Source of the DNA: Bacillota bacterium | GTDB taxonomy: Bacteria > Bacillota > Clostridia > Peptostreptococcales > Anaerovoracaceae | Length of the DNA stretch: 57,532 nucleotides | Assembly: GCA_016284575.1 (NCBI GenBank) | Contig: JAEEPD010000041.1 | Span: 1 to 57,532, forward strand | Direction: 5' to 3' | Shown: piece after piece, positions 25,654 through 35,400 of the stretch | Layout of the letters: each line of letters starts with the position of its first letter | Numbering within the stretch: position 1 is the first letter of the stretch | Notes under the pieces: model-generated | Told to the model about the DNA's origin: nothing | Seen by the model: only the letters and a program-made list of their open reading frames with translations | The model's database searches: none | Translations under genes and position numbers: made by a program

Positions 25654-26058
25654 TCACACTAACAGAACACAGGGCTCATTATACACTGCCAGCTTTTTAT
25701 CGTGTGTCAGTAGACGCATGTCACCTGCTTTAGCCTGCGCAATAAGCATACGGTCAAAGGGATCCTTATGCATAGGTACTATATCTCCTTGCCTCAATCC
25801 GTCCAACGCAAATATATGCTCCGTCTCGATGCGCAGTGGATAATAGTCATAGTGATCTAACACCCTCACAAGGTCCTGAGCGCTGACCGGCAGTCTGTCG
25901 GGATGCAGATTATGCTTGATGGATACCTCCCAGACAGATGCGAGACTGTAATACAAAATATTCTCCTCCTGTTCGAGATAATAGACCATTTTCGGGGTCA
26001 GAGCGGGCTGCGCAGAAATAGCCCAGAGCAGTATGTGCGTATCAAGAAGCAGCTTCAT
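25654..26058 (-). CDS. vapC: Type II toxin, PIN-domain VapC family
   Basis: MKLLLDTHILLW (conserved Asp), SLASVWEVSIK, DPFDRMLIAQA, LLTHD. There is a 4-nt overlap with the upstream antitoxin gene. Confidence 0.8.
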   Translation of the reverse strand: MKLLLDTHILLWAISAQPALTPKMVYYLEQEENILYYSLASVWEVSIKHNLHPDRLPVSAQDLVRVLDHYDYYPLRIETEHIFALDGLRQGDIVPMHKDPFDRMLIAQAKAGDMRLLTHDKKLAVYNEPCVLLV

Positions 26059-26315
26059 TGGTCCACCCCAAACAGTTCAGATATCTCATCATCCATTGAA
26101 TCCAGTGCCTCCATGGATATATAGGGGATCCGGGGAAGATCAAATTCTTCAAAATCAGTCATGCCTGCAATGCGCGGTTTTTTGCTTACACAGGTAAGCT
26201 TTGCCACAGGTCTGCCGCTTCTGCAGATCATTATATATTCCTCTTCTCTATCCTCCAGCTTTTTGACCAGCTTCGACAGATCTGTCTTGGCCTCAAGCAT
26301 ATTTACCATCATCAT
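26055..26315 (-). CDS. Type II antitoxin (Phd/YefM-like N-terminus)
   Basis: 86 aa. The N-terminal NMLEAKTDLSKLVKKLEDREEEYIMICRSGRPVAKL resembles Phd/YefM-fold antitoxins, and the C-terminal tail is acidic. GAGGTGAG RBS. Confidence 0.7.
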   Translation of the reverse strand: MMMVNMLEAKTDLSKLVKKLEDREEEYIMICRSGRPVAKLTCVSKKPRIAGMTDFEEFDLPRIPYISMEALDSMDDEISELFGVDQ

Positions 26316-26336
26316 TGTAACTCACCTCATAAAAAA

Positions 26337-26389
26337 GACTTAGCCAGATTAGCTAAGTCGAATATATCATGCTTCACACAATAATGCAA
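26337..26389 (-). promoter_or_regulatory. Candidate vapBC promoter with palindromic operator
   Basis: Minus strand: TTGCAT (26384-26389), 17-nt spacer, TATATT (26361-26366). Inverted repeat gacttagc-N7-gctaagtc (26337-26359) lies just downstream of -10. Confidence 0.45.
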
Positions 26390-26392
26390 GGA

Positions 26393-28354
26393 CTATATGA
26401 TTACTCCGTCTTCATCAACAGCCGGCAGGGATACCTGCCTTCCTATGCCGCCGGGCGCAGAATAATCCACGCTGTCGTCGATCTCCACCTCCGGCCTGGT
26501 ACGCTTTGCATTCTCCTCATCCTGCCTGGCAAAATAGCTTACCACCTCTTCCGCGGCCTTGAGGTTCATGCCGGGAGCCTGGGAGAGCTCGTAGGCCGTG
26601 GCTCCCTTTATGGCATCCACGCTGCCGAACTCTGAGAGCAGCGCCATCTTGCGCTTTTCGCCTATGCCCGGGATGCCGTCCAGTACGGAGCGGCTCATGG
26701 ATTTGCCCCGCAGATTGTGATGATAATCTATGGCGAAGCGGTGGACCTCCTCCTGTATGGTGCCGCAGTAGGCGAAAAGCTCCTGCCTGCCCTTCAGCGG
26801 CAGCTCCTCCTCCCTGAATACCAGGGCTCTGGTGCGGTGCTTGTCATCCTTGGCAAGACCGGCCACCGGTATATCATTGTAGCCCAGGGCATTCAGCACC
26901 GCCTCGGCAGCGTGTACCTGCCCGATGCCGCCATCCATAAGTATGAGGTCCGGAAGCTCCGAAAAGGAAGGGTCGCCCTCCCTGGCTCTGCTGAAGCGCC
27001 TGAACAGCACCTCCTGCATGGAGCCCGTATCGTCGTTTCCGCCCTCCACCGTCTTTATCCTGAACCGCCTGTAGGCCTTGCGCAGCGGCTTGCCATCGTA
27101 GAACACCACCATGGCGCCCACCGCATCAAGCCCGCCCAGGTGAGAAATATCGTAGCTTTCTATCCTGTGAGTATCAGCCGCCTTCTCTTCGCCAAGAAGC
27201 TGAGCCAGGCCCAGCTGCACCGCCTGCTCCTTTTCCAGCTGGCGGCGGGTCCGTTCGTCCAGGTCCTTCAGCATCTGGTCCACATCCTTGCGCACCAGGT
27301 CCATCAGAGCCCTCTTTTCGCCCCTGGCGGGAGCCGTAAGGCTCACCTTGCTGCCCCTCTGGACCCCCAGCCACTCCTCAAGAAGAGCCGCGTCCTTGGG
27401 CAGCCTATCCACCAGTATCTCCTTGGGGACCATTACATTGGCGTAGTAGTACTGCTTGATGAACTCCGCCACTATCTCCTCCCGGCTCTCGGCGGAAAAC
27501 TCGCCAAGATAGAAGCTCTCCCTGCCGGAAAGCTTGCCCTCACGCACGGTAAAGAGCACCGCATGGGCTCCGGAAAGGCCCTGGCTCAGCAGCACTATGT
27601 CCAGATTTTCAGGCCTTGCAAGCACCACCCTCTGCTTCTCCGCAAGGGTATTCACGTCGTTTATGTAGTCCCTGTATCTGGCGGCCTCTTCGAAATCCAG
27701 CGCCTCCGAGGCAGCCTCCATCCTCTCCTTCAGCCTGTCTAAAAGCTCGTGGTTCTTGCCCTGAAGGAAGTCCATGGCCTTCTCCACGCCCTGCATGTAC
27801 TCGTCCTTAGGCACATTGCCCTGGCAGATGCCCCTGCAGCGCTTTATGTGATAATTGAGACAGGGTGAAAAACCCACAGGAAATACCGCGGTGGAGCAGC
27901 GCTTGAGGGAATAAAGATCGTTCAGAAGCTCGATTATGGTGTTAACAGCCCCCGCATCCGGATAGGGCCCGAAATACTTGGAACCGTCATTGACTATGCG
28001 GCGGGTCTTGAGTATCCTCGGGAACTTCTCCCCCAGGGTCACCTTGATGTAAGGATAGGTCTTGTCGTCCCGCAGCAGGATGTTGTACTTGGGCTCGTAC
28101 TGCTTTATCAGATTGCACTCAAGCATCAGAGCTTCCATCTCGCTGCCGCAGGTGATGTAATCGAACTCCGCGATGTGCTCCACCATGGACCGGACCTTGG
28201 GCGCCTGATTTTTGGACGACTGAAAATACTGGCGCACCCGCTTCCTGAGCGAGATGGCCTTTCCTACATAAATTATCTGCCCGTACCTGTCCTTGTGGAG
28301 GTAGACTCCGGGACTGTCGGGCAGCTTTTTCAGTTCAGCCTGAATGTCAAACAT
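26393..28354 (-). CDS. uvrC: Excinuclease ABC subunit C
   Basis: GIY-YIG N-terminus (PGVYLHKDRYGQIIYVGKA...YEPKYN), UVR domain, RNase-H-like endonuclease domain and C-terminal (HhH)2 (IPGIGEKRKMALLSEFGS). Confidence 0.9.
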   Translation of the reverse strand: MFDIQAELKKLPDSPGVYLHKDRYGQIIYVGKAISLRKRVRQYFQSSKNQAPKVRSMVEHIAEFDYITCGSEMEALMLECNLIKQYEPKYNILLRDDKTYPYIKVTLGEKFPRILKTRRIVNDGSKYFGPYPDAGAVNTIIELLNDLYSLKRCSTAVFPVGFSPCLNYHIKRCRGICQGNVPKDEYMQGVEKAMDFLQGKNHELLDRLKERMEAASEALDFEEAARYRDYINDVNTLAEKQRVVLARPENLDIVLLSQGLSGAHAVLFTVREGKLSGRESFYLGEFSAESREEIVAEFIKQYYYANVMVPKEILVDRLPKDAALLEEWLGVQRGSKVSLTAPARGEKRALMDLVRKDVDQMLKDLDERTRRQLEKEQAVQLGLAQLLGEEKAADTHRIESYDISHLGGLDAVGAMVVFYDGKPLRKAYRRFRIKTVEGGNDDTGSMQEVLFRRFSRAREGDPSFSELPDLILMDGGIGQVHAAEAVLNALGYNDIPVAGLAKDDKHRTRALVFREEELPLKGRQELFAYCGTIQEEVHRFAIDYHHNLRGKSMSRSVLDGIPGIGEKRKMALLSEFGSVDAIKGATAYELSQAPGMNLKAAEEVVSYFARQDEENAKRTRPEVEIDDSVDYSAPGGIGRQVSLPAVDEDGVII

Positions 28355-28357
28355 ATG

Positions 28358-29797
28358 CTATTCTTCTCTGTTGCGCCTCTGCTCGTCGTAGCTGCGCTCC
28401 CACATGGCCCTGCGGCGGGCCTCCTCTTCCTTAAGAGCCTTGATCCTTGCGGCCTTGCGGGCTTTCTTGACCTTTGTCTGGTGACGGGCCCAGAAGACCC
28501 AGGCGATGAAGGCGATCACGAGGGTCGCAAAGCCTGCGATGATTCCAACGAAAACCTTGTGGGCGGTGGCATCGTCTATGCCGAATACGGACAGGGGGCC
28601 GCCCTTTTCCACGCTCCCCGAGGCTATGATATCCACGGAGCCTATCTTGTTTCCGCCCTCAAGTATGTCTATGTAGCCCAGCTTGGTGCCTTCAGCCACG
28701 GGAGCCTGGACCAGCTCCTCCGTGTGCTTTTCAAGGCTTATGACGCTGGTGGAGGCATCCCTTGGCAGGAGGGTGTAGAATTCGCCGGAGCTCTTGAGCC
28801 CCACCTCCTTCACAGCGCCCCGCTTCACAGCCAGAGCGCCCTCGTCGGTGCCGTCCTCCACCGGTTTATATGTGTAGTAGTTCTCGAAGCCCCAGTTCAG
28901 CAGCTTGTGGGTGTCCGCGAAGCGGCTCAGCTGGCCGGACTTCATGACCACGCTCATCAGTATGGTGCTGGCGTTGTCGCCCTCCCTCTGCTGCTCGCAG
29001 GCCGCCACCAGGCAGCCTCCGGCGGGGGTGGTGAAGCCGGTCTTGACACCGAAAACGCCATCGTACTTGGTGGTGATCTTGTCGTTATAGACGTACATCT
29101 GAGTGGTGTCGTCCGCGATGAGCTTGTTGGTGCTTACGATATTGCGGGCATCCCACTTGTTGGACTTGGGAATGGTGTATTCGCTCTTGCCCACGATCTC
29201 CCGGAAGGTCTCGTTCTGCATGCAGTACATGGCGATGACCGCCAAATCTCTTGCGGTGGTGTAGTGACCCTCATCGTGGAGCCCGTGGGGATTCATAAAC
29301 TGGGTATGAGTGACGCCCACGGTCTCGCCGTCGATCACAGCCTCGATCTCCAGCAGCTTCTGGTTCATGCGCTCAACGAAGGCGGGAACGCTGCCGGAAA
29401 TGGTCTTGGCGAAAAGAACGGCGCAGTCATTGCAGGAGGCTATGAGCAGGGCGTTCAGGCAGTCCCAGGCGTTGATCTCCTCCCCCTCCTTGAAGGTGAG
29501 GCTGGTGCCGCCGGTCTTTATGACCTCCGCGTCCGCCACCAGAGTCCGTTCCTTAAGCTCCGGATGCTTTTCCATCTCCTCGATGATGATTATGCCCGTC
29601 ACCATTTTCGTGGTGCTGGCAGGCTCCAGCTCCACATCCGCGTTCTGCTGCAGCAGCACCTTGCCGGAGCGCATGTCAAGCAGCATGTAGGCCTCAGCCT
29701 CCATGCGGGTGGGCTCATCCGTGACCGCGTATACAGGCACGGCAAATACAGACAGCATCAGTGCTAAACACAAGGCTATACTTATCATCCTCTTCAT
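28358..29797 (-). CDS. D-alanyl-D-alanine carboxypeptidase (PBP5/6-type serine peptidase)
   Basis: Signal peptide, SxxK (ASTTKM), SCN-type motif (IASCNDCA), KTG (VKTGFT). C-terminal TM anchor plus a charged tail. Start set at MKRMISI (GGAGGG RBS). Confidence 0.85.
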   Translation of the reverse strand: MKRMISIALCLALMLSVFAVPVYAVTDEPTRMEAEAYMLLDMRSGKVLLQQNADVELEPASTTKMVTGIIIIEEMEKHPELKERTLVADAEVIKTGGTSLTFKEGEEINAWDCLNALLIASCNDCAVLFAKTISGSVPAFVERMNQKLLEIEAVIDGETVGVTHTQFMNPHGLHDEGHYTTARDLAVIAMYCMQNETFREIVGKSEYTIPKSNKWDARNIVSTNKLIADDTTQMYVYNDKITTKYDGVFGVKTGFTTPAGGCLVAACEQQREGDNASTILMSVVMKSGQLSRFADTHKLLNWGFENYYTYKPVEDGTDEGALAVKRGAVKEVGLKSSGEFYTLLPRDASTSVISLEKHTEELVQAPVAEGTKLGYIDILEGGNKIGSVDIIASGSVEKGGPLSVFGIDDATAHKVFVGIIAGFATLVIAFIAWVFWARHQTKVKKARKAARIKALKEEEARRRAMWERSYDEQRRNREE

Positions 29798-29940
29798 TTG
29801 CCGGCCCTCCATAGATTGATTTTATCTGCAAAATGATATATATTTAATCGACTGCCCCGGGAGGCTCATCTTGTGGCATTATGCGCTTTTTGATTAAAAT
29901 AATTCAACATATAGTATAGCACAAATTCAGGAGAACTCAA

Positions 29941-30597
29941 ATGCGAATTATAGCAGCTACACAAAATAAACATAAGATAAAGGAGATAAACGCAGTGCTG
30001 GAGCCCTTCGGCATGCAGCTCACCTCCCTTGCGGAGGTGGGTCTTGCGGACCTGGAGATCGAGGAGACCGGCGCCACCTGTCAGGAGAATTCTCTGATAA
30101 AGGCGGAGACGGTCTGCAGGCTCACGGGTGAGCCCGCGGTAGCCGATGACACAGGCCTCATGATAGACGCTCTGGACGGAGCGCCGGGAGTTTACTCTGC
30201 CAGGTTCGCAGGAGAAAACTGCACAGAGGCAGACAACCGCGAAAAGACACTGAGGCTTCTTGAAGGCCTTCCCTTTGAGCAGCGGACCGCGAAGTTCATC
30301 TGCGTGCTCACCATGGTCTGGCCGGACGGCAGAAGGCTTCAGGCCGAAGGCGAGTGCCGCGGGCGCATGCTGAGCCTGGAGCGAGGCAGCCACGGCTTCG
30401 GCTACGATTCCATCTTCGCCCCTGACATGATACCTGTCTCCGGGAGGTCGCCCCAGGAGGTGCTGAGAGACGACAGCCTCCTTCAGCCCAACAGCGAATG
30501 GCGCTCCTTTGCAGAGCTCTCCGATGACGACAAAAACGCCATCAGCCACAGAGGAAGAGCCCTCATAAAGCTGGAGGAGCTGCTGGCTTCAAAATAA
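29941..30597 (+). CDS. rdgB: RdgB/HAM1 non-canonical purine NTP pyrophosphatase
   Basis: IIAATQNKHKIKEI, ADDTGL, PGVYSARF, FGYDSIF and ISHRGRAL motifs. Confidence 0.85.
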   Translation: MRIIAATQNKHKIKEINAVLEPFGMQLTSLAEVGLADLEIEETGATCQENSLIKAETVCRLTGEPAVADDTGLMIDALDGAPGVYSARFAGENCTEADNREKTLRLLEGLPFEQRTAKFICVLTMVWPDGRRLQAEGECRGRMLSLERGSHGFGYDSIFAPDMIPVSGRSPQEVLRDDSLLQPNSEWRSFAELSDDDKNAISHRGRALIKLEELLASK

Positions 30598-30675
30598 GAG
30601 ATTGAAGCCCGCGCAAAATGTGATAGAATAGTAATGATGGCCATATGTTGGCCGATCAGAATCAAGGAGAAATAT

Positions 30676-32352
30676 ATGGATTACAAAGCAAGATACCAGG
30701 AATGGCTGAAGGACAGCTATTTTGATGAAGAAGACAAAGCAGAGCTTGCGGCGCTTAAGGATGAAAAGGAGATCGAGGACAGATTCTACCGCGATCTCGA
30801 GTTCGGGACCGCAGGCATGCGCGGTGTCATGGGCATGGGCTCAAACCGCATGAATAAATACAATATACGCAAGGCGACGGCGGCCTTCGCCCTGGCGCTG
30901 AAGGAAAAGCACGGCGATGAAGCCTGCGCAAAGCAGGGCGTGGCCGTAGCCTGGGATTCCAGAAACAACTCCCAGCCCTACGCCTACGAGACTGCCATGA
31001 CCTTCGCAGCCTACGGCATCCCGGCCAGGCTCTACACCCTGGTCTCCGCCACCCCGCTGCTGTCATTCACCGTCCGCGACCTTAACTGCGTGGGCGGCGT
31101 GGTCATAACCGCAAGCCACAACCCCAGCGAATACAACGGCTACAAAGCCTACGACGAGACCGGCTGCCAGGTGCTGACCGAGGACGCCAACGCCATAACA
31201 AAGCACTATGAGGAGCTGAGCTATAAAGAGATAAAGTCCATCAGCGAGGCCGAGGCAAGGGAAAAGGGCCTGCTGACAGATCTGGGAATGGATGAGATGC
31301 AGCGCTTCATCGACGCCGTCGCAAAGACCGCCAATCCCCTGCCCCAGGAGGCAAAGGACGCCCTTAAGATAGTCTACACACCTCTCTTCGGCGCAGGACT
31401 GGTGCCTATCCTCAGGATACTGGATCAGCAGGGCTATAAGAACGTGAGCCTGGTGGAGTCTCAGAAGGGACCCGACGGCAACTTCCCCGGCCTTGCAGCT
31501 CCCAACCCCGAGTTCGCAGAGGCCATGAGGCCGGGCATCGCGCAGGCCAAAGCTGAAGGCGCAGACATCGTCATAGGCAGTGACCCGGACAGCGACCGCA
31601 TGGGCCTGGCCGCAAGGGACGAGAAGGGCGAGTTCGTGCTCTTTACAGGAAACCAGATCGGCACCCTGCTGCTGAACTATCTAATCCTCAGAAGAAAGGA
31701 CCAGCTTCCCAAGGATGCGTACTTTGTATCCTCCATCGTTTCCACCCAGATGAGCTTCGCCGTGGCGAAGGCTCAGGGGGTGCGGGGTATTGCGACCCTC
31801 ACCGGCTACAAGTATATTGGCGAGCAGATGACCAGGGATCCGGAGGACTTCCTCTTCGCCTTTGAGGAGAGCTACGGCTATCTTTCCGGCACCTACGCAA
31901 GGGATAAGGACGCTGTTTTCGCCGCCCTGCTGATCTCGGAGATGGCGGCCTATTACAAAGCCCTCCAGAAGCCTCTCACAGCCGTTCTGAGCGATCTTTT
32001 CGACACTTATGGATATTTCCTCGACAAGGTGGATTCCTACACTCTGAAGGGCAAAGACGGGGCTCAGAGCATAAAGAATATAAGCGCCCGCATGAGAGCC
32101 GCAGGCACCGGTCTTATGGATGGCATCGAGGAGATGCTGGACTACAAGGACGGCATGGACGGCATGCCCCCCGCGGACGTGCTGCGCTACCGCTATGCTG
32201 ACGGCTCCTGGCTGGCAGTGCGCCCCTCCGGCACCGAGCCCAAGATCAAGTTCTACTATTCCGTAAAGGCTAAGAATCAGGCCGAAGCCGAAAAGCTCTA
32301 CCAGCAGCGCAAGGCAGTCTCCGAGCAGATCGTAAAGGAGGAGAGCCTGTAA
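30676..32352 (+). CDS. Phosphoglucomutase/phosphomannomutase family protein
   Basis: FGTAGMRG, active-site ITASHNPSEYNGYK, Mg site GSDPDSDR, and GEESYG-like FEESYGY. AAGGAGA RBS at the chosen start. Confidence 0.85.
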   Translation: MDYKARYQEWLKDSYFDEEDKAELAALKDEKEIEDRFYRDLEFGTAGMRGVMGMGSNRMNKYNIRKATAAFALALKEKHGDEACAKQGVAVAWDSRNNSQPYAYETAMTFAAYGIPARLYTLVSATPLLSFTVRDLNCVGGVVITASHNPSEYNGYKAYDETGCQVLTEDANAITKHYEELSYKEIKSISEAEAREKGLLTDLGMDEMQRFIDAVAKTANPLPQEAKDALKIVYTPLFGAGLVPILRILDQQGYKNVSLVESQKGPDGNFPGLAAPNPEFAEAMRPGIAQAKAEGADIVIGSDPDSDRMGLAARDEKGEFVLFTGNQIGTLLLNYLILRRKDQLPKDAYFVSSIVSTQMSFAVAKAQGVRGIATLTGYKYIGEQMTRDPEDFLFAFEESYGYLSGTYARDKDAVFAALLISEMAAYYKALQKPLTAVLSDLFDTYGYFLDKVDSYTLKGKDGAQSIKNISARMRAAGTGLMDGIEEMLDYKDGMDGMPPADVLRYRYADGSWLAVRPSGTEPKIKFYYSVKAKNQAEAEKLYQQRKAVSEQIVKEESL

Positions 32353-32364
32353 TACATGACAATC

Positions 32365-32399
32365 AAAAAACGCCTGAGCGCCATGCTCAGGCGTTTTTC
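32365..32399. terminator. Bidirectional intrinsic terminator
   Basis: AAAAAA, then cgcctgagc-gccat-gctcaggcg, then TTTTTC. Lies between convergent pgm-like and copA genes. Confidence 0.7.
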
Positions 32400-32409
32400 T
32401 TATGCTGCT

Positions 32410-35400
32410 TTAGCACACATTGGCGCTTACGAATTCGTAGCCGGCGTCTTCGATGGCGGCCTTTATGGTTTCGTCAGACACATCACCGTTGAGGGTGATG
32501 ACTGCATTGTTGTTCTCCAGGGAGACCTCGGCGGATTCCACGCCTTCGATGCCCTCCAGGGCCTTTTTCACATGCTTTACGCAGTTCTGGCACATCATGC
32601 CGTTGACGCTGATCAGCTTCTTCGGCGCTGCGCTTTCCGCGGGAGCGGCGCTTACGAACTCATAGCCCGCATCCTCGATAGCTGCCTTGAAGGCGGACTC
32701 GGGGATCCAGCTGGTGATATCCACAACAGCGCTGTTGTTCTCCAGGGAGACCTCGGCAGCTGCAACGCCCTCCATATTCTCCAACGCATGCTTCACATGC
32801 TTTACACAGTTCTGGCACATCATGCCGTTTACATTTAATACTACCTTCAAGATCTCTGCTCCTTCCTTTGTTTTATTGTCTTCTGACGGTTCTGCGCCGC
32901 CAAGGTTTATCGTTTTCTTCTCTGCTGAGGCAGTTCCGCTCATTACTGCTGCCGATCCAGCAGCTTCATCCGGCTGGGATCCGCCTGCGGCACCGGCTTC
33001 AGCTGTGGCCTCCGCGGGCACCGGGCAGGGCTCGGTCCTCATGAGCTCTGCAGCCTCCTCAGCGCTCACCGCTCCTGCCTTGAGAAAATCAGGCAGCGGC
33101 GCCAGCTGGTACTTGCTGTCCCTCTTCTTCGAGAAGATATCGAAGAAATTCAGCCTCAGAGCGTTGCTTACCACAAAGAAGCTGGAAAGGCTCATGGCTG
33201 CCGCTCCGAACATGGGATTCAGGGTGATGCCGAACCTGGGGATCAGAGCGCCTGCAGCGATGGGAATGCCGATGGCGTTGTAGAAGAAGGCCCAGAACAG
33301 GTTCTCGTGGATGTTTCTGATGACCTGCCGCGAGAGCCTTATGGCGCCTGCCACATCCCTCAGGCTGGACTTCATCAGAACCACGTCAGCCGCATCTATT
33401 GCCACGTCGGCCCCTGCTCCTATAGCCACGCCTATGTCAGCCCTGGTAAGAGCCGGAGCGTCGTTGATGCCGTCGCCCACCATGGCAGTGCTGCCGCTTT
33501 CCTGTATCTTGCGGATCACAGCCTCCTTGCCGTCGGGGAGCACGTCGGAAACGATGGCTTCAAGCCCCAGCTGGCGTCCAATAGCCTTCGCCGTGCGGGC
33601 ATTGTCTCCGGTAAGCATTACAGGCTGAACGCCCATGCCTATGAGCTCCTGGATAGCCTCCTTCGAATCCTCCTTTATGATGTCCGCCACGGCGATTATG
33701 CCAAGCAGCTTTCCGTCCGCCGCAAAGTAGAGCGGGGTCTTGCCGTCCTCCGCAAGAGCATTTCCCCTGGCGCGAAGACCCTCGCCGGCGGCCTCAGCGG
33801 AAAGGCCTGCGCCGTCCCTCAGAAGCCCCTGTTCCTCCATAAGAGTCGCATTGCCGCCGATGGCGGTCACGGACCTCCCGTTCAGCTGAACGTTTCCTGC
33901 TACACCATGTCCGGGCAGGGCCCTGAAGTCCTTTGCAGCATCAAATTCAAGGCTCTGAGCCTCTGCGTATTCGCGTATGGCCGTGGCCAGAGGATGCTCG
34001 GACTTTGCCTCCAGAGACGCAGCCGCCTTAAGCAGCTGCTCCTCCGTGATGCCCTCCGCAGGCACCATGTCTGTAAGCCTGGGCTTGCCCTCTGTGATGG
34101 TACCGGTCTTGTCCAGGACCACGTAGCGCAGCTTGCCGGTGGCTTCCAGAGAGGATGCGGTCTTGAAGAGAATGCCCTTCTTGGCGCCGAGACCGCTGCC
34201 CACCATGATGGCCACAGGGGTCGCAAGGCCCAGAGCGCAGGGGCAGCTGATGACCAGCACGCTGATGGCCCTTCCGAGGGCGAAGCCAAGATCGCCCCTT
34301 GCTATCATCCATATAATGAAGTCCACGATGGCTATCCCCACCACTGTGGGAACGAAGATGCCGGAGACCTTATCTGCTATCTTGGCGATGGGCGCCTTTG
34401 ATGCCGCAGCGTTCTGCACCATTTCGATGATCTGCTGCAGGGTGGTATCCCCACCTACACGGGTAGCCTCGCAGGTGAGGGAGCCGTTCTGGTTGATGGT
34501 GGCGGCGCTCACCAGGCTTCCGGGAGCCTTGTCCACAGGAAGGCTTTCGCCTGTCAGAGCCGCCTCGTTTACGGCGCTTTCGCCCTCCAGCACCCTGCCG
34601 TCCACGGGGAAGCTTTCTCCCGGGCGGACCACGAAAATGTCGCCCTCCTCCACCTCCTCGGCGGGCACGGTTACTTCTGCGCCGTCCCGGATCAAATGGG
34701 CTTCCTTAGGAGCCATGTCCATAAGGCCCTTGATGGCATTTGTGGTGCGGCCCTTGCTCCTTGCCTCCAGCATCTTGCCCACGCTTATGAGGGTCAGTAT
34801 CATTGCCGAGGACTCGAAATACATTCCCGAATGGAACAGCTCGTGAGCCTGCATCATGTCGCCTGCGTTGGCAGCGGTGCACATGCGAAAGAACACCGCG
34901 GTGCTGTACACAAAGCCGGCCGCGGAGCCCATAGCCACCAGGGTGTCCATGTTGGCGCCGCCGTGGATGGCGCCCTTAAAGCCGTTCACGAAGAACTTCT
35001 GATTGATTATCATTACCGCTGCAGCCATCAGCAGCTCGTAAAGGGCGATAGCCAGCGGATTGTGGGCGAGAAAGCCGGGAGCCGGCCAGCCCCACATGGT
35101 GTGACCCATGGATATGTACATCAGGGGGATCAGCAGCACAGCGGACCAAATGAGCCTCTTTTTTATGACCGGAGTCTCGTGGTCTTCAAGAGCCTCCCTT
35201 GCGGCCCTCTCGGCATCGGCCCTTGCCGCAGCATTGGAAGCAGAGCCGCCTTTCGCCTGCTTCATAGGGCTCGCCCCGTAGCCTGCATCACTCACCGCCT
35301 TGCTTATGGCAGCGGGACTGCAGGGATCGTCGTAGCTGACTATCATGGAGTTGGTCAGCAGGTTCACCTGCACATCCGTGATGCCCGCAAGCCCCCGGAC

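Noticed and set aside
26393-26530. About 45-aa C-terminal tail of UvrC beyond the (HhH)2 domain, considered as a possible by-product of the adjacent TA insertion.
   Set aside because: The tail has the same high GC and codon style as the rest of uvrC, and it fits the general habit of low-complexity tails in this genome. There is no sign of a fusion junction.
28175-29767. 530-aa plus-strand ORF antisense to the D-Ala-D-Ala carboxypeptidase gene. Similar long antisense ORFs are 4046-5329, 14159-15496, 26717-27742, 33307-34401, 34696-35814, 40258-41322 and 49192-50058.
   Set aside because: Each lies exactly opposite a gene with clear family motifs. Their translations are low-complexity (rich in Leu, Gly, His, Ala, Val and Arg) with no recognisable motifs or RBS. 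Stop-poor antisense frames are expected in a GC-rich genome with strong codon bias.
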